From the NCBI GenBank assembly GCA_029555085.1, contig JAKPTO010000051.1:1-30534 (forward strand): DNA of 30,534 bases. The letters are read 5' to 3'. This document shows, one piece after another, positions 8,752-20,128 of the stretch (positions within the stretch are counted from its first letter, which is position 1; every line of letters starts with the position of its first letter). A program made the translations under genes and the position numbers. The notes under the pieces were generated by a model. The model had not been told where the DNA came from. It did no database searches and saw only the letters and a list, made by a program, of their open reading frames with translations. This stretch comes from a bacterium (GTDB taxonomy: Bacteria; Patescibacteriota; Patescibacteriia; UBA1558; S5-K13).

Positions 8752-9999
8752 CTAATCTAATAAGTGTATAAATAAAGCTGAGCGAAGTTTTGGCTCAAAC
8801 CATGTTGATTTAGGTGGCATAGTTTCCCCTGCATCGGCAATTTTCATTAATTCCTCAACAGAAGTTGGAAACATTGAAAAAGCTACTGCCTCTCCATTAT
8901 CAACTCTTTTCTTTAATTCATCTAATCCCCTGATTCCGCCAACAAAATCAATTCTTTTATCTTTTCTAGGGTCTTCTATTCCTAAAATAGGATAGAGTAA
9001 ATTATTCTGTAATATTGAAACATCGAGCGATCCTATAACATCACTGCTATCATATGAATCATTTTTTGCTGTTAATTTATACCAAGCGCCATCAATATAC
9101 ATTCCAAAAGTATGTTGCTCACTTGGTTTAAAAGCATCAGTTGTAGAATATTCCTCTATATCAAATTTTTCTTTTACTTTTTCAAAAAATTCTTCTTTTG
9201 ATAAGCCATTTAAATCTTTTACTATTCTATTATAGTCCATGATGTATAATTGATTATGTGGAAAAATCACTGACATAATAAAATTATATTCCTCATTACC
9301 CGTATGATTTGGATTTTTTTCTCTTTTGCGTTGCCCTAAAATTGCACCAGCGGCACTTCTATGATGACCATCAGCAATATATAAATAATCAATGTTAGAA
9401 AATATATTTTCTATTTTTGAATTTACTTCATCATCATCAATTTTCCATAAAGTATGCGATATTCCATCATCTGCCGTAAAATCATAAACTGGTTCATTGC
9501 TTTTTATAAAATCATTTACAAGCATATCCATATCTTCTCTTGCGCAATATGTTAGAAAAATTGGTTCTGTATGAGCATTACAAGTTTCTATATGTTTAAT
9601 CCTATCTTCTTCTTTATCAACTCTGGTTTTCTCATGTTTTTTTATAATATCATTTTCATAGTCAACTACACTTGCTCCACCAACAATTCCAATTTCAGTA
9701 ACACTTCCCATAACTAATTTATAAATATAAAAGACTGGTTTTTCTTCTTGAAAAAAAATTCCATCTTTAATCATCTTTTCAAAATTTTCTTTTCCTTTTT
9801 GATAAACTTCTTCACTGTATGTATCAATTCCTTGCTCCAAATCAACTTCTGCTTTTGTAACATGAAGAAAACTGTTTGGATTGCCATTTACTAATTTTCT
9901 TGCCTCTTCTGAATTTATAACATCATAAGGAACGCAGGCAACATCGCTCACTAACTCTGGTTTTGGCCTTAATGCCTTAAAAGGTTTTACTATTACCAT
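8752..9999 (-). CDS. DUF1015 family protein
   Basis: PFKALRP, PYDVI, KKHEKT, YIADGHHRSA, MPPKSTWFEPKLRS motifs. Confidence 0.92.
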   Translation of the reverse strand: MVIVKPFKALRPKPELVSDVACVPYDVINSEEARKLVNGNPNSFLHVTKAEVDLEQGIDTYSEEVYQKGKENFEKMIKDGIFFQEEKPVFYIYKLVMGSVTEIGIVGGASVVDYENDIIKKHEKTRVDKEEDRIKHIETCNAHTEPIFLTYCAREDMDMLVNDFIKSNEPVYDFTADDGISHTLWKIDDDEVNSKIENIFSNIDYLYIADGHHRSAAGAILGQRKREKNPNHTGNEEYNFIMSVIFPHNQLYIMDYNRIVKDLNGLSKEEFFEKVKEKFDIEEYSTTDAFKPSEQHTFGMYIDGAWYKLTAKNDSYDSSDVIGSLDVSILQNNLLYPILGIEDPRKDKRIDFVGGIRGLDELKKRVDNGEAVAFSMFPTSVEELMKIADAGETMPPKSTWFEPKLRSALFIHLLD

Positions 10000-10051
10000 A
10001 ATTTTTTTATTTAATTATAAGTATTTTATATTTTAACATAAATAAACTAAT

Positions 10052-10086
10052 AAAAACAACCCCAAATAGTTAAATTTGAGGTTGTT
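10052..10086 (-). terminator. Terminator of the 23S-5S transcript
   Basis: Minus strand AACAACCTCAAAT...ATTTGGGGTTGTT followed by a T-run immediately after the 5S gene. Confidence 0.7.
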
Positions 10087-10091
10087 ATATA

Positions 10092-10199
10092 ATTGGCAAT
10101 GACCTACTTTCTCACTGACGTAATATCATCGGCGCTGGTGAGCTTAACTGCCAGGTTCGGAATGGAACTGGGTGTTGCCTCACCGCTAAAATCACCAAA
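10092..10199 (-). rRNA. rrf: 5S ribosomal RNA (short, about 108 nt)
   Basis: Minus strand TTTGGTGATTTTAGCGGTGAGGCAACACCCAGTTCCATTCCGAACCTGGCAGTTAAG...GCGCCGATGAT...AAAGTAGGTCATTGCCAA; ends approximate. Confidence 0.93.
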
Positions 10200-10287
10200 T
10201 TGCTAATATGAAAATAATTCATATTAGAATATCTAATGATTTTATTACAAAATATTACCATTTCTTAAAAGAAATGCTTTATGTTTC

Positions 10288-13391
<3,104 letters not shown>

Positions 13392-13483
13392 CACTGAAAC
13401 ATAAAATATTCCTTTATGTATTCAGTAATACCTTGTAATGTTTAATTAAAAGTCATTTAATTAAATTTTACTCTGTTAATAAA

Positions 13484-13495
13484 TTTTCAAAGAAC
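13484..13495 (-). promoter_or_regulatory. rrn antitermination boxA, preceded by a boxB-like hairpin at 13500-13517
   Basis: GTTCTTTGAAAA about 95 nt upstream of the mature 23S 5' end. Confidence 0.7.
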
Positions 13496-13667
13496 TTTTT
13501 TGCCTAAATATAAGCAATAATTAGTAGTAAACAGCACATAAAGTGCAAGAAATTCCGCATAAGATTTCCCTAGTTTAGAAATTGATTTCCACCAAAAAAA
13601 TCTCAGAAAGAAAACCCGATATTACTACTAGTTACTGATTATATTTGTTAATATGCTTAATTGAGAT

Positions 13668-13691
13668 AAAAAAACCGCTCTATCGAGCGGT
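13668..13691 (-). terminator. Intrinsic terminator in the 23S leader (candidate attenuator)
   Basis: Minus strand ACCGCTC-GATA-GAGCGGT plus T-run, between the predicted promoter and the 23S gene. Confidence 0.65.
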
Positions 13692-13804
13692 GACTAAAAT
13701 TAGATTTAGAATAATTAAAATCCGCTCGGTTTTATAGTTATTGAATTAATTTTTTTCACTATTTTCGACAAGTTTTTATCTTAATTTTTAAATTATTTTA
13801 TCTC

Positions 13805-13813
13805 TGTGGATAA
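13805..13813 (-). promoter_or_regulatory. Perfect DnaA box at the predicted 23S transcription start
   Basis: TTATCCACA on the minus strand. Confidence 0.5.
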
Positions 13814-13821
13814 CTTATATA

Positions 13822-13849
13822 AGTATACACCATTTAAAAAATTTGTAAA
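13822..13849 (-). promoter_or_regulatory. Predicted promoter of the unlinked 23S-5S unit
   Basis: TTTACA (13849-13844), 16 nt, TATACT (13827-13822); lies just downstream of the 13855-13883 hairpin. Confidence 0.6.
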
Positions 13850-13854
13850 GAGGC

Positions 13855-13883
13855 AAAATACACCCAAAAAATGGGCGTATTTT
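13855..13883 (-). terminator. Hairpin or terminator separating the pil-cluster transcript from the rRNA promoter
   Basis: Minus strand AAAATACGCCCA-TTTTT-TGGGTGTATTTT. Confidence 0.55.
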
Positions 13884-14001
13884 TAATAAAAATATATTTA
13901 TATATTTATACAGGCGCTATTTAAATTTAATTATTCCATAATTACAGTAAATTATTTTGTCAAAATAACGCAAAACAAAATAGTGAATCCCTCTATAATA
14001 A

Positions 14002-14682
14002 CTATTTAATTGACTCAAAAGTTTGAGCCACTTCGTTCAATTTAACACAATACATTGAACCTACATCACAATGATAAATAACCTGATAAATATCTCTACC
14101 TATATTAATTATATAATTTTTAACAAAAATATTATCTTTGCTACTTTCCGTTGACCAAAAAACGATACTGTTAATTGTTTCTTTATTTAATTTTTGAATA
14201 TCAAAATGTTTAACCAGCCAATCATCAAATCTTTTTTCTTTAAATGTTTCCTTTTTAATATCTAAAAAATTATTATCATCATATTTAACTATTATCTTGC
14301 CAGATTTTTCATCAAAACTCTTTGAAGAGTCATTAAAATAAGAAATTTTTATTTTCCATGGTTCGTAAATGTATTCTATTTTTGTTTCTTCTAGTTGCTT
14401 CTTTACGCCATTCTCTACGGCAGTTGTTAAATTATCATCATCATTATTATTTATACCATTTTTAATTGCTGATTTTATAGTTTCAACATCATCACCCGGA
14501 GAATAATCATTAAAAATTTCAGTATCAGAATTCCAAACATCCATAAAAGATGTTTTTATATCAGACATTTCTTCGCCCACTAATTTTAAATCAAAAGATG
14601 AAAGTTGTTTTATAAACAACCATATCAAAAAAATAGAAAAAACAACTAGAAAAAGAATAAATAATTTAAATTTTGATTTCAT
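14002..14682 (-). CDS. Hypothetical membrane-anchored protein
   Basis: 226 aa with an N-terminal hydrophobic helix; 2 nt from the upstream gene. Confidence 0.8.
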   Translation of the reverse strand: MKSKFKLFILFLVVFSIFLIWLFIKQLSSFDLKLVGEEMSDIKTSFMDVWNSDTEIFNDYSPGDDVETIKSAIKNGINNNDDDNLTTAVENGVKKQLEETKIEYIYEPWKIKISYFNDSSKSFDEKSGKIIVKYDDNNFLDIKKETFKEKRFDDWLVKHFDIQKLNKETINSIVFWSTESSKDNIFVKNYIINIGRDIYQVIYHCDVGSMYCVKLNEVAQTFESIK

Positions 14683-14684
14683 TT

Positions 14685-15323
14685 CTATTGTTTATTTAAA
14701 ATAACGAGTTTCATGTCGTTTTGTGGAAGACTCTCTTTAGAAATTTTAAATTCATCCAATTTTTCAGGACTAAGTCCAATTTCATTTATAAATTTATCAA
14801 CGCCATCAAGTGAAATTTTTACACCTGGGCATTTATAATGCATTGGTATTATTACTCTTGGCTCTATTTCATTTATAATTTTTATGGCTCCATCAGAATT
14901 CAATGAATATGTGCCACCAACTGGGACAAGTAAAACATCTACATTCTTTAAAAATTCCATTTGTTCATCTACTAAATCATCTTGATTAAAATCTCCCAGG
15001 TGAGCCACGGTTATCCCAGCTTCTTCTATTAAATAAATGGTTATTGCACCTCTTTCAAGACCATTCTTATTATCATGATATGCTCTTTTACCATAAATAA
15101 ATGTTCCTTTCATTTCATATTCTCCGGGTCCATTTATTATAAGTGGATTGCCTGTTATTGCGGAAATATTGTTATGATCATCATGGTTATGTGTCACCAA
15201 AACAGCATCTGCTTTTACTTTTGGCATTTTAATACCTATGGAATCAGAATATGGATCTATCACCAAATCTATTTCTTTACATTTTATTTTGAAACATGAA
15301 TGTCCTAACCAGCTTATCTTCAT
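14685..15323 (-). CDS. MBL-fold metallo-hydrolase
   Basis: WLGHSCF, IDPY, THNHDDH (HxHxDH), HLGD, PVGG, IPMHY. Confidence 0.92.
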   Translation of the reverse strand: MKISWLGHSCFKIKCKEIDLVIDPYSDSIGIKMPKVKADAVLVTHNHDDHNNISAITGNPLIINGPGEYEMKGTFIYGKRAYHDNKNGLERGAITIYLIEEAGITVAHLGDFNQDDLVDEQMEFLKNVDVLLVPVGGTYSLNSDGAIKIINEIEPRVIIPMHYKCPGVKISLDGVDKFINEIGLSPEKLDEFKISKESLPQNDMKLVILNKQ

Positions 15324-15383
15324 AATTTTAATTTTCTGGACTTCTATATTTTCTTAAAAGGAAAATGAACAAGCCCAGGTTTG

Positions 15384-15689
15384 TTAATTATTAAATACAT
15401 CTTTAAAATTAGTCATTGGTTCAATATTTTTCTTTGCATTAAAATTTTTCTCTATTTTTATAATATTAGACTCTAATTTATTGAACTGTAAACTATTAGT
15501 TTCCTTAGTGCTCGCATCGTCAATTATTAAATCCTTTTGTTTATTTGAATATATAGATGAATATACATTGGTCTTTAAGAAAAAAAATAGTAATATTAAC
15601 AATCCAATAAATACTAAAATAATAACAATATAAAGATACTTAAGTATTTTTATTAATGATATTTTGTTGAAAACACTAATCTTTTCCAT
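15384..15689 (-). CDS. Hypothetical single-TM protein downstream of pilO (PilP-position gene)
   Basis: 101 aa with a TM helix at about residues 20-38; position in the pil operon. Confidence 0.7.
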   Translation of the reverse strand: MEKISVFNKISLIKILKYLYIVIILVFIGLLILLFFFLKTNVYSSIYSNKQKDLIIDDASTKETNSLQFNKLESNIIKIEKNFNAKKNIEPMTNFKDVFNN

Positions 15690-15698
15690 ATAATTAAA

Positions 15699-16277
15699 TT
15701 ATTTCCAATATGTTTCCGCTAATATATCGCAAGAAACTTCGCTCATTTCTTTTGAGTCCGAATCGTCAGATAAAAATTTTCCGCCAACTTTTGTTATATT
15801 AATTGATTTTATATTAATATAATTAGGCAAGGACTCAATTTCAACTATATAATTAAAAACATTTTTAAAACTACCAGTTAAGGTTAATTTTAAATTCATA
15901 GTACTAAAAGAGTTGTCTGTATTTTCTTTCTGCGTTTCAGGAACGATGGTCTGATTTATATTATTTTTTAAAGCTATTGATTCTAACATTTTTATAAAAT
16001 CTAATTCTTCTCCTTTTTTCAAAAAAGTAGACTCTATAGGAGAAAGTCTCTTTTTTAAAACACCTATATTCTCTTTTGAATCTGATGAATCGCTTGTTAA
16101 ATCCATAGCCATATTCAATTCCAATCTCTGTTGTTTTATTTCTTTGCTCTTTTCTTTTATGGATTTAATTGTTGGCATAATTAACAATAACACTAAACAA
16201 AAAATAAAAATTAAAAACAAAATTATTGTTAAAAAAATTTTATTTTTAGAATTGCTGATTTTTTTATTGATATTCAT
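15699..16277 (-). CDS. pilO: Type IV pilus assembly protein PilO-like
   Basis: N-terminal TM, coiled coil, LTGSFKNVFNYIVEIESLP motif; follows pilM and pilN. Confidence 0.8.
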   Translation of the reverse strand: MNINKKISNSKNKIFLTIILFLIFIFCLVLLLIMPTIKSIKEKSKEIKQQRLELNMAMDLTSDSSDSKENIGVLKKRLSPIESTFLKKGEELDFIKMLESIALKNNINQTIVPETQKENTDNSFSTMNLKLTLTGSFKNVFNYIVEIESLPNYINIKSINITKVGGKFLSDDSDSKEMSEVSCDILAETYWK

Positions 16278-16797
16278 AAGACTTTATTTCAAAAGAAATG
16301 CTAAATGGAATTTTTTCCTTTACTAATAAATTTTCAATTGGTAAATTTACATTAGCATAATTTTTAGATGGCGATAATTGGTTCTTAAAATTTAAAAGAT
16401 CGTCTCTGGTTGTTGCAAAACCGGAAATAAAAGCCTTGTTTGATGCTTTATCTATACTTAAACTGGTAAATGATATACTATCTCCGGATAAATTAATCAT
16501 GTCCATTAAAAACATAGAGGGTTTGAAAAATTTTGACTGAATCGTTAAAATCTGATCTACAGAAGAAGCAATGTCAACTGCCTCTTTGTATGAATCATTT
16601 TGCGTGGTCACATTATGAACAAATCTTTTCCTAATCTTTAAATTATCTACAAGCATAAAATTTGAATATAGCAATACCACAGTACAAAAAACAATAAATA
16701 CACAAACAAAAATTACAATTTTTTGTACAACTTCATAAAGTTTAGAAAATTTAATTTCTTGTTTTAATTCTTTTGGCAATATATTTAAATACAACAT
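16264..16797 (-). CDS. pilN: Type IV pilus assembly protein PilN-like
   Basis: LNILP (INLLP-like) N-terminus, TM helix, ISGFATTRDDLLNF; between pilM and pilO. Confidence 0.8.
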   Translation of the reverse strand: MLYLNILPKELKQEIKFSKLYEVVQKIVIFVCVFIVFCTVVLLYSNFMLVDNLKIRKRFVHNVTTQNDSYKEAVDIASSVDQILTIQSKFFKPSMFLMDMINLSGDSISFTSLSIDKASNKAFISGFATTRDDLLNFKNQLSPSKNYANVNLPIENLLVKEKIPFSISFEIKSYEYQ

Positions 16798-16801
16798 TTT
16801 T

Positions 16802-17929
16802 TTATTTTTCTTTTTGTAAAATTTCTCTAAGCGCTAGTCCTATCGCTAAACAATAAGTCAAGCTGTCGTTTTGTAATATTGAAAATCCTTTTTTATTTGA
16901 TGTTTGATTTTTTGATAATTTATATTCGTCAAACATCTTTTTTAATGCTGTTGCCGAAATAATATCTATATTATTGAATGGATCACCTATGTATGATTTT
17001 ATACCAGTGAATCTTTCTATTTCTTTTTCTAAACCATTTATATTTGCACCACCACCACAAATAATTATATTATGAATATTACCATATTTGAAAAAATTCT
17101 CAGAATGAAAATCAATTACTTCGCCTACTCTTTCCAACATTTTTTTTATTGATTCTGAAATTTTATCCCAAACCAAACCATCGCATTTATTCTTATCAAC
17201 TCCACAAATTATTTTTGCGAGCTCGGCCTTCGATCTAGTCACATTTAACTCCTTAGCAATTTTATCTGTAATTTTTTCACCAGAAATTGGGATGCTAACA
17301 TTAAAAAGTATGGAATCTTTAGAAGAAACAAACATTGAAGATCTATTGGCTCCAATATCCAGTATTCCATAATTTTTCTGTGATTCTTCTGTATTGTCAT
17401 TTTTTAAAAGCGCTCTTGATATAGCCACGGATTCAATTTCCGCAGCAATTAAGGAAAGTTTAGCTTTTTCTAATGCTTCTATATATTGATCAACAAAAAC
17501 TTTTGGACATACACCAACTAACACAGTTTTACTCTCTTTATTTTTTGAAATTACTTGCCAATCATAGTATGTGTCTTCAACTGGAATTGGAACATATTTT
17601 TTTATTTCATCTTGTATGCTTTCTTCGTTTAATTTCTGATCTCCTGGGATGGTAATTAATTTTATAAATGTTTTGGATTCTGGTAAACAAATAACTACTT
17701 TTTTTGAAGAAATTTTTCCAAATTTTGGATTATCTAAAAGTTCTTTCAATTTTACAACAAAAGCATTCATATCTTTTATCAGATTATTCTCTATTATATT
17801 TTTATCTAAAAAAATTTTTCCAAAAGATTGCAATTCTATCTTATCTTTTTTTTTAGACAATTGAACAACTTTAATAGAAAAATCTGAAATATCTAAACCT
17901 ATTGGATAATCTTGTGTTTTAAGCAACAT
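16802..17929 (-). CDS. pilM: Type IV pilus assembly protein PilM (actin-like ATPase fold)
   Basis: IGLDISDFSIKVVQL, LDIGA, ICGGGANINGL, AIGLALR. Confidence 0.92.
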   Translation of the reverse strand: MLLKTQDYPIGLDISDFSIKVVQLSKKKDKIELQSFGKIFLDKNIIENNLIKDMNAFVVKLKELLDNPKFGKISSKKVVICLPESKTFIKLITIPGDQKLNEESIQDEIKKYVPIPVEDTYYDWQVISKNKESKTVLVGVCPKVFVDQYIEALEKAKLSLIAAEIESVAISRALLKNDNTEESQKNYGILDIGANRSSMFVSSKDSILFNVSIPISGEKITDKIAKELNVTRSKAELAKIICGVDKNKCDGLVWDKISESIKKMLERVGEVIDFHSENFFKYGNIHNIIICGGGANINGLEKEIERFTGIKSYIGDPFNNIDIISATALKKMFDEYKLSKNQTSNKKGFSILQNDSLTYCLAIGLALREILQKEK

Positions 17930-17995
17930 ATATTATATTAAAAAATTATTTTATTTATAGTATACAGTATAGCATTTTTATAATATTAAATAAAT

Positions 17996-19525
17996 TTAAT
18001 TCTCCCTCCAAGAAATAAATCTATAATCTCCTGTTGTTGGAAAATTTGGCGGTGGATATAATCTCAAATTTCCATCATAATTTAATTCAATATTTCTATA
18101 GCCAGATAAAAAATTACCAGAATCATCATAATACGAAAACCCATAACTATTTCCATTGTTATTTCCAAGCATTGCCATTGATCCAAATATTGTTAAACTT
18201 AATTTTTTATTTCCCAAACAATAATCTGGGTAATTTTCTCTTCCTATTTTTCCATCTCTTGCAACCATAGCCGCATTTATTTCTAAATTGTTTTCACTAT
18301 CAAGACCAAATATTATGTCATGTTGAGCCACAAAACCAAAAGCACTTGTAGCATCTGCGCTTTTATAATTAACATCTTTATTTAAAATAATATTTGCATT
18401 CCCAGTAGCAAATGGTTCTTTAAAAGCTAAAATCGTAACTCTCGTCGCATTTGTGTGTGAAATCGTATCAACCCAAACATTATCTTTTACAAATATAATT
18501 CCATTTGCCGGAACATCATACTGACTATTACTTGGTCCGCCAGGAACCTTACCCTTACCAACTGCTCCATATGTTGGAAAAGACTCACCCCACTGTCCAC
18601 ACGACTGACAAACACCATGTTTCCATTTTAAACAATTTAAACAGGTTCTACATGGATCAGTAATTGATGTTACTCTATAAATTTTCATTTTCGGCTGATT
18701 ACCTGGAGGCATTAATTCTATAAAATATCCATACGCGCCTGAGCTTTCCAAAACAAGCCCATCTTGCTGAGCTAATGTATACATTCCATCCACATAACTA
18801 TCCAAACTTCCTATATTAATTTTAGGTACTGGAAAAAATCTACCAGCTAAAAAAACATCATCTCTTGTCGGTACACTTGCTGGCGGTAAAGGATCGATTG
18901 TTGTTTTATGTGTATGAACACCAAATTCATTGTCTCCAGAATGAGACGGATCGCTATACTCTGAAACAGCTGAACTTATTGAACTGTTTGCAGTTCCGTC
19001 AAACCTTATTCCACTATTAGAATGAATCATACCGGTTGTTTCTGTGTTCTGAGTTATTCTTAAACTATCATTTGTGAGTATCAAATGAGAAGCTAATGAA
19101 AGTTTTCCTAATTGTACTTCTATGCTTCTTTTTATATTTGGATATTCATTCACCCACCCAACTGATTTTATCTTAACAATTCCAGAACCATCTTCTGGCG
19201 GAAAAATATATAACTCATACTTTCCATTTATAGTATCTGATTGATCGGAATAATCGTATGGACCATATGGACCATAATCTGGACCTGATTTACATGTTTC
19301 ATTATTACAATATTCAGTAGGATCGTGATACAAAACCCACTTATAATAATTTATTCCTGCTTCAGATATATGAAGCGCTTGAGCTCCTGCAGTTTTTAAT
19401 TTATTGAATCTCATTTGTAAAAGTCCGAGAGATATTGCCCCAGACACAAGAGTAATAAAAATTGCCGTGGCAACAAGAGTTACAACTAAAAGCGATGCTG
19501 ATTTTTTAATAAAATATTTATTCAT
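17996..19525 (-). CDS. PilX-like minor pilin / pilus-tip protein
   Basis: N-terminal hydrophobic helix lacking E5, QALHISEAGINYY PilX motif, HSNSGIRFDG, C-terminal YDGNL...PPPNFP...SWRE. Confidence 0.8.
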   Translation of the reverse strand: MNKYFIKKSASLLVVTLVATAIFITLVSGAISLGLLQMRFNKLKTAGAQALHISEAGINYYKWVLYHDPTEYCNNETCKSGPDYGPYGPYDYSDQSDTINGKYELYIFPPEDGSGIVKIKSVGWVNEYPNIKRSIEVQLGKLSLASHLILTNDSLRITQNTETTGMIHSNSGIRFDGTANSSISSAVSEYSDPSHSGDNEFGVHTHKTTIDPLPPASVPTRDDVFLAGRFFPVPKINIGSLDSYVDGMYTLAQQDGLVLESSGAYGYFIELMPPGNQPKMKIYRVTSITDPCRTCLNCLKWKHGVCQSCGQWGESFPTYGAVGKGKVPGGPSNSQYDVPANGIIFVKDNVWVDTISHTNATRVTILAFKEPFATGNANIILNKDVNYKSADATSAFGFVAQHDIIFGLDSENNLEINAAMVARDGKIGRENYPDYCLGNKKLSLTIFGSMAMLGNNNGNSYGFSYYDDSGNFLSGYRNIELNYDGNLRLYPPPNFPTTGDYRFISWREN

Positions 19526-19543
19526 AAATTAAATATATAAAAA

Positions 19544-20122
19544 TTAATTATCTTTTAAATTTCTAAGCTGTACGCTTGATTCTAATATATAATCATCTGG
19601 TGCTCTTTGTGGTGTAACATTTATTTTCAAACTAACATTTATAGACCTAACGCTGTTTATATTATCAGTTTCAAACATATTGGAATCATAATATCTAAAA
19701 ATTGGAGCTGATAAATTATTTACATAATCTGCTACTGTTGTTATTGTCGGAGCTTCAGTATACAAATTAGAATCGCCCGGCTCCATAACACTTCTCTTTA
19801 ATTGTACACCATCTAAATAATATTTCACTTTTTCCATTTTGTGATCAAAGTCCGGATCTGAATAAAATTCAATTTCCTGCGCGTTTATTGTACTCAAAAC
19901 ATAGTCTCCGTTTTCTGAAAAATTTGCAGCTCTAATCATTCTTGTCATCTCACCTACCCCATCTCTTGCGTGCTCTATTGCCTGTTCTTGCTCTTCATTA
20001 AATTTGGTTGATTTGAATCCAGTAATTAAAAATTGTGCCACAATACCAGCTATAATACAAAGAATAAAAACTACAACAAGAATTTCTATTAATGTAAATG
20101 CGTTTTTATTAAAAACTTTCAT
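19544..20122 (-). CDS. Prepilin-type minor pilin (PilW-like)
   Basis: Class III signal NKNA|FTLIEILVV. Confidence 0.88.
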   Translation of the reverse strand: MKVFNKNAFTLIEILVVVFILCIIAGIVAQFLITGFKSTKFNEEQEQAIEHARDGVGEMTRMIRAANFSENGDYVLSTINAQEIEFYSDPDFDHKMEKVKYYLDGVQLKRSVMEPGDSNLYTEAPTITTVADYVNNLSAPIFRYYDSNMFETDNINSVRSINVSLKINVTPQRAPDDYILESSVQLRNLKDN

Positions 20123-20128
20123 AAAATA

